A DNA stretch of 64,000 nt from a cyanobacterium endosymbiont of Rhopalodia gibba (GCA_045159875.1 CP067995.1:2240001-2304000); one strand, 5' to 3'; shown: positions 1-12,160, numbered from the stretch's first letter. The notes: generated by a model not told the origin, from the sequence alone. A program made the numbers and translations.

Positions 1-26
1 ATTTGATTCTAATATTTAAGGTAGTT

Positions 27-1124
27 GTGGACGCTAAATTCTCCCCTTCAACCCTCTTTACAAAACCATCAGGGACCTTTTTACTAATTCTATTAATAGT
101 GTTGTTAAACCTTTTAGGTTTAGGGTTAGCTCAACTTGTAGGACAACCAATTTGCTTTAGTCTAACACTTATGTTTCCTCTTGGTATCTCCGCCACTATC
201 AGTGCAATTCTTGGTTATGGGATCGTTCCCCTGCTACGGCGACTTAAAACTGGACAAATTATCCAAGAAGACGGTCCCCAAGCTCACTTAACCAAAGCGG
301 GAACCCCGACTATGGGAGGAATTTTTTTTATACCGGTTGGAGTGATCGTAGCTCTAGTCTGGACAAACTTTGATCATGCTGTTATCGCTGTTTCAGCCGT
401 TACCCTTGCTTATCTTGGCATTGGTTGGATAGATGATTGGCAGATTCTACGACATAAATCCAATAAAGGGATTAGCCCTTGGGTAAAACTTATTCTACAA
501 ATCGCAATCGCTATTGTTTTTTGTTTTTGGGTGTTTCAGAGTCAACCATCTAGCATTACTGATGTTACCCTTCCTGGAAATCTGATTTTGCATTTAGGAA
601 TTTTCTTTTGGTTAATTGCAGGATTTGTCCTAGTAGCTGAGAGTAATGCCACTAATCTTACAGACGGGGTAGACGGCTTAGCTGCAGGAAATGGAGCCTT
701 AGCTTTTTTAGGGTTAGGAGTATTAGTGAATCCTGGCCACTCAGGATTAATGATTTTCTGTGCTTGTCTAAGTGGAGGATGTTTAGGATTTGTCGTCCAC
801 AACCGTAACCCCGCTAAGGTTTTTATGGGGGATACAGGTTCTCTCGCATTAGGGGGTTCCCTTGGGGCAGTGGGTATTCTTAGTGGTAATCTTTGGGAAT
901 TATTTATCATCAGTGGGGTTTTCTTTGTTGAATCTCTCTCAGTTATTCTCCAAGTTGCTTACTATAAGGCAACTAAAGGACCTGATGGGCAAGGCAAGCG
1001 ATTGTTAAAAATGGCTCCGTTGCATCACCATTTAGAATTAAGTGGTTGGGCCGAAACCAAAATTGTAGGAACATTCTACCTAGTTAATGCAGCACTGACA
1101 GTTTTAGCTGTAGTTTTAACCTAG
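27..1124 (+). CDS. mraY: Phospho-N-acetylmuramoyl-pentapeptide transferase
   Basis: Motifs GQIIQEDGPQAHLTKAGTPTMGG, SNATNLTDGVDGLA, PAKVFMGDTGS and MAPLHHHLE; multi-TM protein. Start placed at GTG 27 (the ORF track opens at 3). Confidence 0.96.
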   Translation: MDAKFSPSTLFTKPSGTFLLILLIVLLNLLGLGLAQLVGQPICFSLTLMFPLGISATISAILGYGIVPLLRRLKTGQIIQEDGPQAHLTKAGTPTMGGIFFIPVGVIVALVWTNFDHAVIAVSAVTLAYLGIGWIDDWQILRHKSNKGISPWVKLILQIAIAIVFCFWVFQSQPSSITDVTLPGNLILHLGIFFWLIAGFVLVAESNATNLTDGVDGLAAGNGALAFLGLGVLVNPGHSGLMIFCACLSGGCLGFVVHNRNPAKVFMGDTGSLALGGSLGAVGILSGNLWELFIISGVFFVESLSVILQVAYYKATKGPDGQGKRLLKMAPLHHHLELSGWAETKIVGTFYLVNAALTVLAVVLT

Positions 1125-1927
1125 TACACATTGAGTATAGATTGGGTAAAGTTCTCAAGAGTTTTAAGCTGCGGTGATTTTTGGTATTGATCGCAACGCA
1201 ACCATAATAAATATTCCAAGTTTCCTGCCGGTCCGGTAATAGGAGATTCAGTTAACCCGTGATAGTACCACCCCAAAGAACAAGCAGCTTGTAGAACTTG
1301 GTAAATAGCTTGGGCGTGATCTTTGGGATTACGAACAACCCCTTTTTTCCCAACCCGCGACCGCCCTGCCTCAAACTGAGGTTTAACCAACAAAATGACT
1401 TCTTTGGGAACCACTAATAAATTCCACAGGGGTTCTAATAATTTAGTTAAAGAAATAAAGGAAACATCCATTACCCCTAAGTCAGCTTGAGGATTATTTC
1501 CATATAAATCATCAGGGGTTAAGTAGCGGAAATTAGTTCTTTCTTTTAAAATAACGCGCTCGTCTCGACGTAAACGCCATGCCACTTGTCCATAACCTAC
1601 ATCCACTCCATAAATCTGTTTTGCCCCAGCCTGCAATAGACAATCGGTGAATCCCCCGGTAGAAATGCCACCATCTAAACAAATTCGCCCTGATATAGCT
1701 ATGTTAAAAGTATTTACAGCCTTTTCAAGTTTCAAACCACCACGAGAAACATAACGGGCTTTAGCTTGTAGTTGAATGTCAGCTGTAATATCGACTCTGG
1801 TTCCTGGTTTATCAATAACTTGCTGATGTACCTTAACCTCTCCAGCTCGAATAAATCCTTGGGCTTCTTGACGGGAAGAACACAGGTTCTTATCAACTAA
1901 TAAAATATCGAGACGTTGTTTACTCAC
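1121..1927 (-). CDS. tlyA: TlyA family rRNA methyltransferase / hemolysin A
   Basis: S4 domain KQRLDILLV, YVSRGGLKL, LDGGISTGGFTDCLLQAGA, DVSFISL, VKPQFE, SPITGPAGNLEY. Overlaps the mraY stop by 4 nt, convergently. Confidence 0.93.
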   Translation of the reverse strand: MSKQRLDILLVDKNLCSSRQEAQGFIRAGEVKVHQQVIDKPGTRVDITADIQLQAKARYVSRGGLKLEKAVNTFNIAISGRICLDGGISTGGFTDCLLQAGAKQIYGVDVGYGQVAWRLRRDERVILKERTNFRYLTPDDLYGNNPQADLGVMDVSFISLTKLLEPLWNLLVVPKEVILLVKPQFEAGRSRVGKKGVVRNPKDHAQAIYQVLQAACSLGWYYHGLTESPITGPAGNLEYLLWLRCDQYQKSPQLKTLENFTQSILNVY

Positions 1928-2319
1928 AGATTTTACTTTTGACTTTTTGTAAAAATTTTATTTATCTAAATTATAAAAAGAAACATGTGTTTTTATAGAA
2001 AAAACATGTCTCTTTGACTGAGTAAGCCGCTATAAATACACCCCTTTTAGGGTATATTACTTTTTGTCTTTATACTTAAGCAAGTATAGTTTAATTTGTA
2101 TTGCTTTAATTGATATTTTTTAGAGCAGATCTTTTGAGCAAGACCTTGTTTAACTGTTCTAGTAAAATCACATTAAAACATACTTTTAGCAATTGTATAA
2201 GTTTTTATTTAGTACCATCACCTTTTCATTATATTTAATACTGAACTATGAGTTTACAGAAAAAATAGGCACAATTTTTTTTCTCGAGACTGTTTTAGTT
2301 TAGCTTAAAATAAACCACT

Positions 2320-2700
2320 CGGAGGAACTAAGTAATTATCAAGAATGATTACCACCTCTATTTCTTGGCATTTGCCATCTTCTTTAGCTTCATTTGTTTC
2401 TTTGTCTAAGATTTTTCTATTTTTTATTTCTTTTATTTAGAACATAAATTAATTATTATACTTACTTTTATTGCTTTCTATGTATAGATCTTTTTGAAAA
2501 AACCTCAGATAATTGTTGTCTATTACAAGTTCTTAAGTTCTTTTCTTCTCTTTTTAACTATCTCTCTTTAAAAAATTTTATATTTTATTTATGATTCTTA
2601 GATAGTCTCATAATCCTCATTATACTTTAAGAATATATCTAGAGATTGTTTTTCTAATTGTATCTTGTAATAGTTTCACCCAATCTATAATTTCTTTTAG
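2320..2700 (-). mobile_element. IS630-family transposase remnant (degraded)
   Basis: Minus strand reads EVVIILDNYLV, resembling the IS630 VIxxDNYSVH motif. Shares the block AGATTGGGTGA(A/G)ACTAT and similar spacing with the remnant at ~44570-45030. Confidence 0.5.
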
Positions 2701-3184
2701 TTACCATACTTTTTGATTTAAACATAAAATTTCTATTCCTATCCTTTTCTGCAAGTATTTTGGGGAGCCAAAGTCAACTTTAACAGTGCTTGTTCTTCTA
2801 ATTTAATTAGCTAATTTTTTAGTTTACTTAACATCTAAATGCCATTTTCTTTTGAATATTTCTATATTAGACTAATTTAAATATACCTACATTAATTTAA
2901 CATAAATAAGCAACATGATGCTAATAAAGATTACACTGTTAAAAGTAATTTCTATAAATAAACCTCAAAGTATATTAGTATAGTCAGCTATAATAACTTT
3001 GCTCCATTGATGTTACTTTCCCATTTAAGAGTGTTTCTCAAGTAAAAGTTCAGAAAGGAATTTATTTGAGTTAAGTGAATTTTAAAAAGTGGTTATACAA
3101 AACTGGTGATGTAGAATTAACTAGTAAAATACCAGGTTAGAAAACTTCGAAGTTAAAAATTGACAAAATTGATAACTTCATCAA

Positions 3185-4130
3185 TTCTCCATAAAGTCTC
3201 CTTTTAATCAACTTCAATTTATTATTAATACCTTTTACTGTTCCTTGAATTATTTCTTGGTCGAGACAGACAATAACTTTTTTAACTCAAGGCCCGATTG
3301 TTTCACAGCTTTTTCGGAACAATAAATAAGTCTTTTGACACCAATTGACTAATTTTAAGAGTTCTAATATTTAGTAAATCTTAAAGAAATATTTTAATTT
3401 TCTCGTTTATTTAATTAGTGTCTTGGCAAGAAAACTGATGACGATGACGTTTCATATATCTACTTTAGTTTAGTTTTTGTTCCTTAAACAGCTTTTCTTT
3501 TTTTTATGCAAAAAAATTTACTTTTATTTAATCCTAACAGAGTGTTTTATTTTTAATTAGTATTTTTAAGCTTCTTAGCTTCTCGTTAAAAAAATTTTCT
3601 TTGATCATCTAATTAATCGCTAATTTATATCATTTATAGAAAGTCTATTTTCTACTGTTTTAGCTTACTATCTTAATTTATTTACAACATTTTGAGATAT
3701 TTTTTAAAAATTTAAAGGCACTTTTTTATTCTCAGTTTTTGTATACTATTTTTTTATTTCTATGATTTATAGGTTCACTTTTTTTATTAAAAATCAACTG
3801 TCTCAATATCTGAGTTTTCTTCCATCTATAAGTCTCGACCTAAATCTTTAAACATTGTTTCTATTTCTTGTTCATTCACTCAATTTCTTTTGATCACATT
3901 CTAATTTCACTCTTTAAGACTTCTTCGATATTTTTTATATCAGACCTTATCAATCTATGCTGTCTTCTCTTCAAGAAAACTTAACGTTCTTCTCAATTTG
4001 TCTTCACGTTAAACTTTTACCTAAAAAACGCTATATAGAGAAATACATATTTTTTGATTTGAGCGACTTCCGAGAATCAAATTTACAGTTCAATTTTTCT
4101 AAATTCTTATAGTATGAGAACTTAATGTAG
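3185..4130 (-). mobile_element. ISL3-family transposase pseudogene
   Basis: Minus-strand fragments VNEQEIETMFKDLG and LLKLVNWCQK...KSCETIG...QGTVKGINNKLKLIKRRLYG match the ISL3 C-terminal EGINNKLKLIKRRAYG motif; many stops and frameshifts. Confidence 0.8.
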
Positions 4131-4410
4131 TTTTTTTAAAACTTATTAATAATTTTCTTAAACAAATAAATAAACAGGAAAATATTTGCTAGCACAGCTG
4201 ATTTTTTTGCCAAATGAGAACTCGTTAATTTTTAGTTATTTGGCTATTTAGATAAGATTCTGATAAAAACGGGTTAAAATTTTCCCGATTTGTTTAAAAC
4301 AATCGCTGAGAAGTTAAAGTTATTCAGGCAAATAAGATAATTACCTAGAAGAAGAAATCGAACTTATCATAAATATGGTAAAGATGAGAACCTCATTATA
4401 GTTGTTATCC

Positions 4411-4605
4411 TCAGCGTCGATTGCTTTGCGCGCTGTAGAAAATACCTAAAAAAGTTGAGATAGCTATCAATATCAGCGCTATCCCTCCTGGAAAAAAGCT
4501 CAAAATCTTTGTTCCTCTCAATATATAAAATGTGAGTGTTATTAGTAACGAGATTATGAAAAGATAAGGGATGGAGGCAGTCTTGGAACGAGTTGATTTG
4601 CTCAT
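4411..4605 (-). CDS. Small two-TM conserved cyanobacterial hypothetical membrane protein
   Basis: 64 aa with two hydrophobic segments flanking YILRG..ILSFFPGG and a basic C-terminus, a pattern I recall from small cyanobacterial membrane proteins. Confidence 0.6.
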   Translation of the reverse strand: MSKSTRSKTASIPYLFIISLLITLTFYILRGTKILSFFPGGIALILIAISTFLGIFYSAQSNRR

Positions 4606-4979
4606 AAACTATAATAGCAGCACAAGGAACAATCATGACATTACATTAATGTCATCAGTATATCAACTTACAATATTTTTAAATTTCATTAAAGTACTAA
4701 ACATTATAATTAGTACTTTTTTTCTGTAAACATCAGTGAAAGTAGACCTCTAATTTATTAAAACTGTAAAGATTCTTTATAAAGGTTCAAGTTTGATACT
4801 GAGGAACGCAATGCTATCCCTAAACTGCTTAATTTTGGACAAAAAAAAAGAATATAACGCAAGAGGATTCGGAATATATAGACTATCATCCTTTAGTTTT
4901 ATTTGGGTTTCTTCCTGATACAGTTGTTACCAATTTAACCCTAGAATTGAAGAAACAAGGGGTAAGAATTTCGGGTTAG

Positions 4980-5210
<231 letters not shown>

Positions 5211-5796
5211 TAAAATAAAGTTAAGTAGAATTTTAGTTCTTCTTGATACAAGATAGCTTTCAAATCAACCGATGCTACCTACCAAACTTCATCTCCTGAC
5301 TTACTAATCAATAGTTATGTTGCAATTTTCCCAGGATAAGAAGGGATAACTAAATTACCGACCACGATTTTATAAGAAAGACTTTGGACATTGTTAAAGA
5401 AAACAGTGGCAGTAACACTCATTCAGTTCAGCACTAACCCCATTACCTAGTAATGTGATAATTCTCCCTGTTAGTTTTCTTCGTTCTTCAATATACTTTG
5501 TAAGTCATAAGAATATAGAAAGTAGTGTAATCGCCAAAATATTGCCTCAAAGAATAATTTCCACAAAAGGAAACAATAGAACAAAATACTAAGTAAATAA
5601 AAATCATACCTAAAAAAATCTTATAACCATATTGATAATATTCAAACAACTTTTCATAAAAAAAAATGTAAAAATAGTTGATTATCAAAAGATCTTACTT
5701 TAACTAACCATCAAGTGAGCCAATGTCTAATCTCTATAGAATTAAACGATTCATCAACCTTGCTCACTTGATGAATGTCACCACATTAACCAAACT

Positions 5797-6972
5797 TTAG
5801 TTTAAGGTCGTTAACTGAGCATTTTGATAGTAATGACTGACAATTTGTTCATAGGAAATACCTTGTTCTGCTAGGTAATGACTGCCCCATTGACTCAGAC
5901 CAATACCGTGTCCATAACCCCTACCATCAATTTGGAACGTTTCATCATTGGCAGAAACAGTAAATAAGGTACTCTTCAAATCGAGAGCTTTTCGTAAATT
6001 GTCATCAGTAATATTTTTAGAACCGTGAGTTCCTACTACTTTCAGGGTAATAATTCGTCCGTGAGGGGTCGTTCGTTGGGGAATCAGTGATCGTACTGCT
6101 CCTATACCACCGATGAGTTGTCCCATTTGACCAGCACTAAAAGACTTACGCCATTGGAAAACGGGGGCAAGTTGATCGTAGTCCACCACGCCACGCAGAT
6201 AAGGTAGAGGGGAACTCCAAACATCTTCAACATTTTCGGTATGACCTCCAGACGAAGAATGGAAGGCGGCCAAGATCACCTTGCCATTATGGGTTAATAC
6301 CTGACCGGCTGTCCCATTAACCGCTTCATGAGTCGTGACAAATTCAGTTTCTAACCCCTTATACACCTGGGTTTTAGTGGTTGTATCAAGATCGTAGTAA
6401 CGATTCTTTGCCTGAGAACTTTTGTAGAGAGCGTAGGTGCGGGCAACCACAGCTTGGGATTTAAGGGCTTCCATTGGCCAGGTTGGATAAGCTTCTGACC
6501 CCACCACACTGTAAAGATATTCCTCTAAATCGACCAAATTAACTGCCGTTACCCCATGTCCCTGACGAATTAGTCGTACCTTGCCCCGATACCAACGATC
6601 ACCGATCCAAATAGAGCCGTTTTTAGTAGGTTCGATGACAATTTGATTGGAATTCCATTGATCGAGATTCACTCCACTAAGACGAGGCTTCACAGCAAAA
6701 GCCTCTAACTGAGTCAATTCTCCCAATTTGCGGCCTGATCCATCGCGGACTATAGCAAGGGTAGAACTTCCCACTTTGATGGTACCAACACTCTTTTCAA
6801 TGGCAACTCTTAATTCAGTAGCCCCTTGAGCTGGAAAACTCAAAATCATCCAAATTATTCCTATTAACCAGCCATAGCGTCCCAACAAAATCTGTAAGAG
6901 TTTGAACGTCCAGACTCTATAATCTAAATCATGTTTTTGTGACATTTGCTTGTTCTCCTCACACACATCCAC
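5797..6972 (-). CDS. SpoIID/LytB domain protein (lytic transglycosylase-like)
   Basis: VNLVDLEEYLYSVVGSE..WPMEALKSQAVVARTYA, TQVYKG, FHSSSGGHTEN, GRGYGHGIGLSQWG. The true start may lie downstream. Confidence 0.92.
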   Translation of the reverse strand: MDVCEENKQMSQKHDLDYRVWTFKLLQILLGRYGWLIGIIWMILSFPAQGATELRVAIEKSVGTIKVGSSTLAIVRDGSGRKLGELTQLEAFAVKPRLSGVNLDQWNSNQIVIEPTKNGSIWIGDRWYRGKVRLIRQGHGVTAVNLVDLEEYLYSVVGSEAYPTWPMEALKSQAVVARTYALYKSSQAKNRYYDLDTTTKTQVYKGLETEFVTTHEAVNGTAGQVLTHNGKVILAAFHSSSGGHTENVEDVWSSPLPYLRGVVDYDQLAPVFQWRKSFSAGQMGQLIGGIGAVRSLIPQRTTPHGRIITLKVVGTHGSKNITDDNLRKALDLKSTLFTVSANDETFQIDGRGYGHGIGLSQWGSHYLAEQGISYEQIVSHYYQNAQLTTLN

Positions 6973-7074
6973 AAATATGAAAATCTTATCGCAAAATTCA
7001 AGGGATTTGAGAGGTGATTACACATACTGAAAAAACTTCGGATGGATAGTTGAGATAAATTTAACTCTGTAAAG

Positions 7075-7370
7075 ACATTTAAATCAACTAAATTAACCAT
7101 GTTCACGTCATTTCCCTGGAATAATTTATCGTACTTTGCCTCAATACCAGCGATTACTGATCTAGAATAAAGCCGTCTTTGGTAGGTTCAATGACAATTG
7201 AACTGAAATTCCATTGATTGGGACTCACTCTACCACAATAAGCTTTCAAAGCAAAAGTCTCTAAACTAAAGTCTATTCTTTTAATTTACGGACTGCCCCA
7301 TCGCGGACTATAACAGGGGTGAAACTCCCCACCTTGAGGATCCCAACGCCTTTTTTAATAGCAACAATTA
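7075..7370 (-). pseudogene. Truncated, degraded tandem paralog of the SpoIID/LytB gene
   Basis: Collinear nucleotide similarity to 6525-6810 (e.g. GTAGGTTC[AG]ATGACAATT, AATTCCATTGAT, CCATCGCGGACTATA) with indels and stops. Confidence 0.85.
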
Positions 7371-7387
7371 TATATTGTTCTTTCTTG

Positions 7388-7690
7388 TATGAGCCTTTTC
7401 TCAAAAAAACAGGCAACTCTCCAGTGAAAAATCTAGCTTTAAGACGCCGAGTAATTGCGACTCTACTCTATCTACCGCTTGTCTTTGATAGAACAATATA
7501 GAGAGGTAAACACCATTAGGATAGGGAAACATCCATTTAAATCATATCAACTTTTTTCTCTTTTGCTATTCTTAATCATTTCTTCTACATTCTCTGTTCT
7601 TTTGACATTCAACTCAGCACGTTTGGTAAAAGTTTTTAAAGACACGCAAAAGTTAATGGGATCGTCTTCTAAGATCAGAATGCTTTTCAT
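7388..7690 (-). pseudogene. DivK-like single-domain response regulator pseudogene
   Basis: MKSILILEDDPINF...TKRAELNVKRTENVEEM, frameshift, VDMI*MDVSLS, then YQRQAVD..AITRRLK...LPVFL. Matches the cyanobacterial DivK-type receiver protein; truncated. Confidence 0.85.
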
Positions 7691-8058
7691 AGACCCCTAA
7701 GGGATTATCTTGTCTTGGACCACAAAAAGATAGATTACTGATTTTTAGTGATTTGGGTAAGATTAAAGAGACTATCAAGCTACTCCAAGAAACAGGAATG
7801 AATCGACCAACTTGATATCTGATTAGACATAAACTCCCATAAACTAAGTTAAATCAGCTCTACCGGACTGACCCTCTGGCTTTAAATTAGGAAGAGATTC
7901 AACTAAGTTTTTGAGTAATATCTTAACAGTCAACGCGAATTGCTAATGGTTAACCTACATCCAATGCAATTTATCCACAAGTTGCTTAGTGATCAGGTTA
8001 AGTTAAATTTAAGGATTCTTATTGTAAACCGACGGAATATTCTTATCAAGAAACTTCA

Positions 8059-10575
8059 ATGACAAGACAGCTAAACATATTAGGGACGGGTAAAATTATC
8101 CCAACCGCATTGCATACAGAAATGCAACGCTCTTATCTTGAATATGCCATGAGCGTTATTGTCGGGCGGGCTTTACCTGATGTTCGTGATGGACTTAAGC
8201 CCGTTCACAGACGCATTCTTTATGCAATGTATGAATTGGGATTAACCCCTGATCGCCCTTTTCGTAAATGCGCTAGGGTAGTCGGAGATGTGTTAGGAAA
8301 ATATCATCCCCATGGTGATCAGGCGGTATATGATGCCCTGGTGCGGATGGTACAAAATTTTTCGAGTCGTTATCCTCTCTTATCAGGTCACGGAAACTTT
8401 GGGTCGGTGGATAATGATCCTCCCGCAGCAATGCGCTACACGGAAACAAGACTGTCTGCCATTGCTAATCGCGGGATGTTGAACGATATTAGCGAATCAA
8501 CTGTCGATTTTACTAATAATTTCGATAATTCTCAACAAGAACCCGTTGTTTTACCCGCTCAACTCCCCATTTTACTCCTCAATGGGTGTACTGGAATTGC
8601 TGTGGGAATGGCGACAAGTATTCCCCCCCACAATTTAGGGGAATTAGTTGATGGATTAATTGCTCTGATCGATAACCCCGATGTTTCTGATGAGAAGTTA
8701 TGGAAAATTATTCCTGGTCCTGATTTTCCTACTGGAGGGCAAATTATTAACACAAACGGCGTCAAGGAAGCTTACGCGACAGGACGAGGCATAATTCCTA
8801 TTCGGGGAGTGACTCGGATTGAAACTTTAAATGTGGGACGACGAAGACGCAAAGAACGCACCGCCATTATCGTCACAGAATTACCTTATCAAGTCAATAA
8901 GTCCAGTTGGATTGAAAAAATGGCAGTTCTAGTTAACCAAGGAAGCCTAGAGGGCATTGCCGATATTCGGGATGAGAGTGATCGCACAGGAATGCGGGTT
9001 GTTATTGAATTAAAACGGGATGCTAACTCCAATACTGTCTTGAAAAAACTTTATAAAAAAACTGCTCTACAAAGTAATTTTGGGATAATTTCATTAGCTT
9101 TAGTGGATAATAAACCTTGTCAGCTTTCCTTGCGTCAGTTATTAGAAGAATTCTTAAAATTTCGAGAACAAACCCTAACACGGCAATATAGCTATGAGTT
9201 GAAAGAAGCACAAAACCGTGTCCACTTATTGGAGGGGTTGTTAATAGCTCTCGATAATCTTGATCAGGTTATTGATATTTTACGAAATGCTGCCGATGGA
9301 ACTACTGCCAAATTCAGGTTTCAAAAAGAATTAGGAATTAGTGATCCTCAAGCTAACGCTATTTTGGCAATGCCAATGCGTCGTTTAACAGGGTTAGAAC
9401 AGCAGAAGTTACAGGACGAATATTATGAATTACAAACTCGTATAAATGAATTACAAACTCTATTAAATGACCGTCATGAACTGTTAAAAAGGCTTAAGAA
9501 AAATCTGCGATCACTAAAACGTAATTTTAGTGATTCTCGTCGTACTACAATAGTTACTCCCACCAGAGATACGAAAGCTAAATCAACACAAAGTGAGCCT
9601 AAACCCAAATCATCTTTCTCTAAACAAGAGAATAATTCAGAAAAAAAATCACAATCTTCGGAGTTGACCCAGCCATTAGCCTTCTTTTCTTTTCAAAAAC
9701 CCCCTGAAGATGCAATTTTAGAGATTACTCATAGTAGTGAAGTAGCTTGGCGATCACCTGGGGACAAAGGACTTGAGCATCTTGTTTATTCTGTAGCCAT
9801 TGGACAAAAAACCGAGTTAATAGTGATTACTGATGCCAGCAAAGCTTATCCTATCACCGTATCGGAAATTCCTCCTGTCACAATTCAGTCAATTTCTCTG
9901 TTGAGTCTTTTGACGAAAGGGACGCAACGAGATGTAAATCAGGTTATTTATTCAGGTTTTCTGCCTCAAAACCTGGAAAATCAAGATTTATTATTATTAA
10001 CTAAACTTGGGCGCATTAAACGCATTGCCATGTCCCAATTGAGCAGTTTAACTAATCGAGGATTAGTCTTGGTGAAACTTAAAGACGGTGATCGTCTTGA
10101 CTATGCTTGTCCTATCCAAGAAGGGCAAGAAGTCGTGATTGCTACGTCAGGAGGACGTGTATTACGCCTTTCAGTTACTGATGAGATGATTGGCGTAATG
10201 GGACGAAATGCGCAAGGAAATCAGGCTTTAAAATTACGCTATGGAGAAACTTTAGTCGGTTGTATTACTCTAGGTATCGAGGAAGATATTCTCTTGATTT
10301 CAAGTCTTGGTTATGGTAAACGCTTGTCTTTAAAAAACATCAGAGCAGGAAAGTTAGGGGATATTGGTCATCAATGTCTACAATTCAAAAGTAAAACAGA
10401 TGCTTTGGGGGGAATTATATTAGCTAAAGACAAAGGAGAAATTACCTTACTCACCGATCACAAGCGTTCTTTAGTTGTTCCGATTAGTTCAATTCCATTT
10501 TTGGGTAAAGATGGCACAGGGGATAGGTTAGTCAAACTCCAATCAGAAGAAACAATTATTACTGTATTAAACTGA
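8059..10575 (+). CDS. DNA gyrase/topoisomerase IV subunit A (second cyanobacterial GyrA paralog, ParC-like)
   Basis: [34 protein letters not shown], catalytic AAMRYTE and C-terminal pinwheel repeats. No canonical GyrA-box (QxRGGxG) seen. Confidence 0.93.
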   Translation: MTRQLNILGTGKIIPTALHTEMQRSYLEYAMSVIVGRALPDVRDGLKPVHRRILYAMYELGLTPDRPFRKCARVVGDVLGKYHPHGDQAVYDALVRMVQNFSSRYPLLSGHGNFGSVDNDPPAAMRYTETRLSAIANRGMLNDISESTVDFTNNFDNSQQEPVVLPAQLPILLLNGCTGIAVGMATSIPPHNLGELVDGLIALIDNPDVSDEKLWKIIPGPDFPTGGQIINTNGVKEAYATGRGIIPIRGVTRIETLNVGRRRRKERTAIIVTELPYQVNKSSWIEKMAVLVNQGSLEGIADIRDESDRTGMRVVIELKRDANSNTVLKKLYKKTALQSNFGIISLALVDNKPCQLSLRQLLEEFLKFREQTLTRQYSYELKEAQNRVHLLEGLLIALDNLDQVIDILRNAADGTTAKFRFQKELGISDPQANAILAMPMRRLTGLEQQKLQDEYYELQTRINELQTLLNDRHELLKRLKKNLRSLKRNFSDSRRTTIVTPTRDTKAKSTQSEPKPKSSFSKQENNSEKKSQSSELTQPLAFFSFQKPPEDAILEITHSSEVAWRSPGDKGLEHLVYSVAIGQKTELIVITDASKAYPITVSEIPPVTIQSISLLSLLTKGTQRDVNQVIYSGFLPQNLENQDLLLLTKLGRIKRIAMSQLSSLTNRGLVLVKLKDGDRLDYACPIQEGQEVVIATSGGRVLRLSVTDEMIGVMGRNAQGNQALKLRYGETLVGCITLGIEEDILLISSLGYGKRLSLKNIRAGKLGDIGHQCLQFKSKTDALGGIILAKDKGEITLLTDHKRSLVVPISSIPFLGKDGTGDRLVKLQSEETIITVLN

Positions 10576-10903
10576 CTAAATTCCTTATCGCCCTGCTGTA
10601 CTCAATGTAATAACAGAAAAATTTTATGTTTTTTAGGATAAGTTAGGCAAAGACTTTGTTGTGAAAAGAGGGTTTTCTCTGCGATGTAACCAGCTCTAAT
10701 GGTTAACTATGCAGTTTGTACCGGGCTGTCAGGAGAGTAACTTTATTAACGTGACTTCAATGGAAGTTTGGGGAAAGCATTTACTAATCTAGTCAACTAA
10801 AATTATTTTGTAGAACATATGTCCTGAGCAATGATGTTACTATGTTATTTTTTGCTAATTTTTTAAAAAAAAATACAAAAATTAGTATGGTTTGCTCTAC
10901 TTC

Positions 10904-10945
10904 TAGACCTTGCGTAAACTCATTCATGAGTTTACGCAAGGTCTA
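10904..10945. repeat. Perfect inverted repeat, 20-bp arms, 2-nt loop
   Basis: TAGACCTTGCGTAAACTCAT-tc-ATGAGTTTACGCAAGGTCTA. Confidence 0.97.
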
Positions 10946-11089
10946 AGATGATAGATTACTCAAAAAATTTTTTTTTGACAAATATCAACAAGTATTTTAA
11001 GTCACTATACTAAATTTGATTGTTTTACTTTTATAAAAAATCACAGAAACCCTAACTAACTTGACTAATAATAAGTTAAACTTTAAATC

Positions 11090-12160
11090 TATTTTTTAAT
11101 TTTACTGAGGATATCACAATAATTCAGCAAGACTTCTTACATTTAATTAAATGTCTCTCAATACTAATGAACTCAAGTATCATATACCAAGGTACAAAAC
11201 ATTTCTGTTTGCTCTAATTCTAGAGAGTAAGCTAACAAATATTAGCTAGTAATTCTTTCAGAAATTTTCTACTTTTTGCTATACTGCTATCTGGCATTAT
11301 CTTTTATTAATAAGACTTCTTTTAAGAGTTAACTTTTTCTAAGTTGGTAGATAATCTAACTCATTTTCTCCATTTTTAGTAAAGTTATTCCTAATAAGAG
11401 CACTCTTAACAAGTCGAATCTAGCTAACATTGACAGTTTTTATCCTAAATTAGGTTATTTATCTTTAAAATACTTAAATTTCATAGAATATCTTTTTAAT
11501 TGAAGATTTTCCTTCAAAGTATTCTGAAATTTGACGATATGCTCAAGAATTGTTGGTGTCACTTCTCGCTTGTCTGGTATATCATTGATAGACTTCAACC
11601 AAATATTGGGATAACGACATCTTTGCTCCAGGAATAGTCTCCATTGTACGAAAAGTTCTGAACAAATTGTCTTCTATCTTTTTCTCTCCGATTTTATATC
11701 CCATTATTCTTTTAGATTATTTTTATGTTCTCAGTCCTATTTTTCTAAGTAAAAAATTTTATAATCAGCTTTACTTACTAATCTTATTCAAGAATACCAC
11801 TAGTTACCCATAACTTTATCCTTTGCAATTATCATGAGGTAATGCCACCTTCATTTGTGAGAATTAATAGAGGATTTCCTCTTAATTGTTTATTAATTCT
11901 AACTGTGTTTCTGAGGTATATCAATCAATTCCTCATTTCCCAACACTCGAATAAACAGCGATTTACACTTTTTTGCCCAATTTGCTCTTGTAATTTGAGT
12001 GAATGGTCAGTTAGTAGTTTGACAAATCCTTAGATATACAGTTATCCATAGCCATGGCTTACCATAGCAATTCTCTCTAATAGAACTCTAAACTTTTGTT
12101 CTGATTGGCTTTAATTGCACTATAGGTCCCTCAAAATATCATATATCTATTTTTGTTTTT
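11090..12160 (-). mobile_element. IS630-family transposase pseudogene interrupted by ~600 bp of unrelated DNA
   Basis: 12150-12010 reads LKPIRTKV..IAMVSHGYG*LYI*GFVK (cf. GLKPIxRKVW..HRYEWLYxYGFV). 11340-11100 reads VLLIKDNAR..YLLAYSLELEQTE..EVL (cf. LLVQDNAGWH..FLPAYSPELQPAERLW). Confidence 0.8.

Noticed and set aside
542..910. 122-aa antisense ORF in mraY, and similar short ORFs inside gyrA, glgX, pstS, radA, tamB, dnaK and dgdA
   Set aside because: Fully overlapped by well-supported genes; typical shadow ORFs.
5488..5688. 66-aa F/Y/I-rich ORF (likewise 24522-24707 and 62951-63196)
   Set aside because: Composition reflects AT-rich non-coding DNA; no recognisable domain.
5709..5773. Inverted repeat CATCAAGTGAGC...GCTCACTTGATG
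   Set aside because: Lies just downstream of the spoIID stop and is adequately explained as a terminator or stabilising structure.
7319..7700. Plus-strand ORFs of 60 aa and 81 aa
   Set aside because: Antisense to the DivK-like and SpoIID remnants, which explain the sequence.
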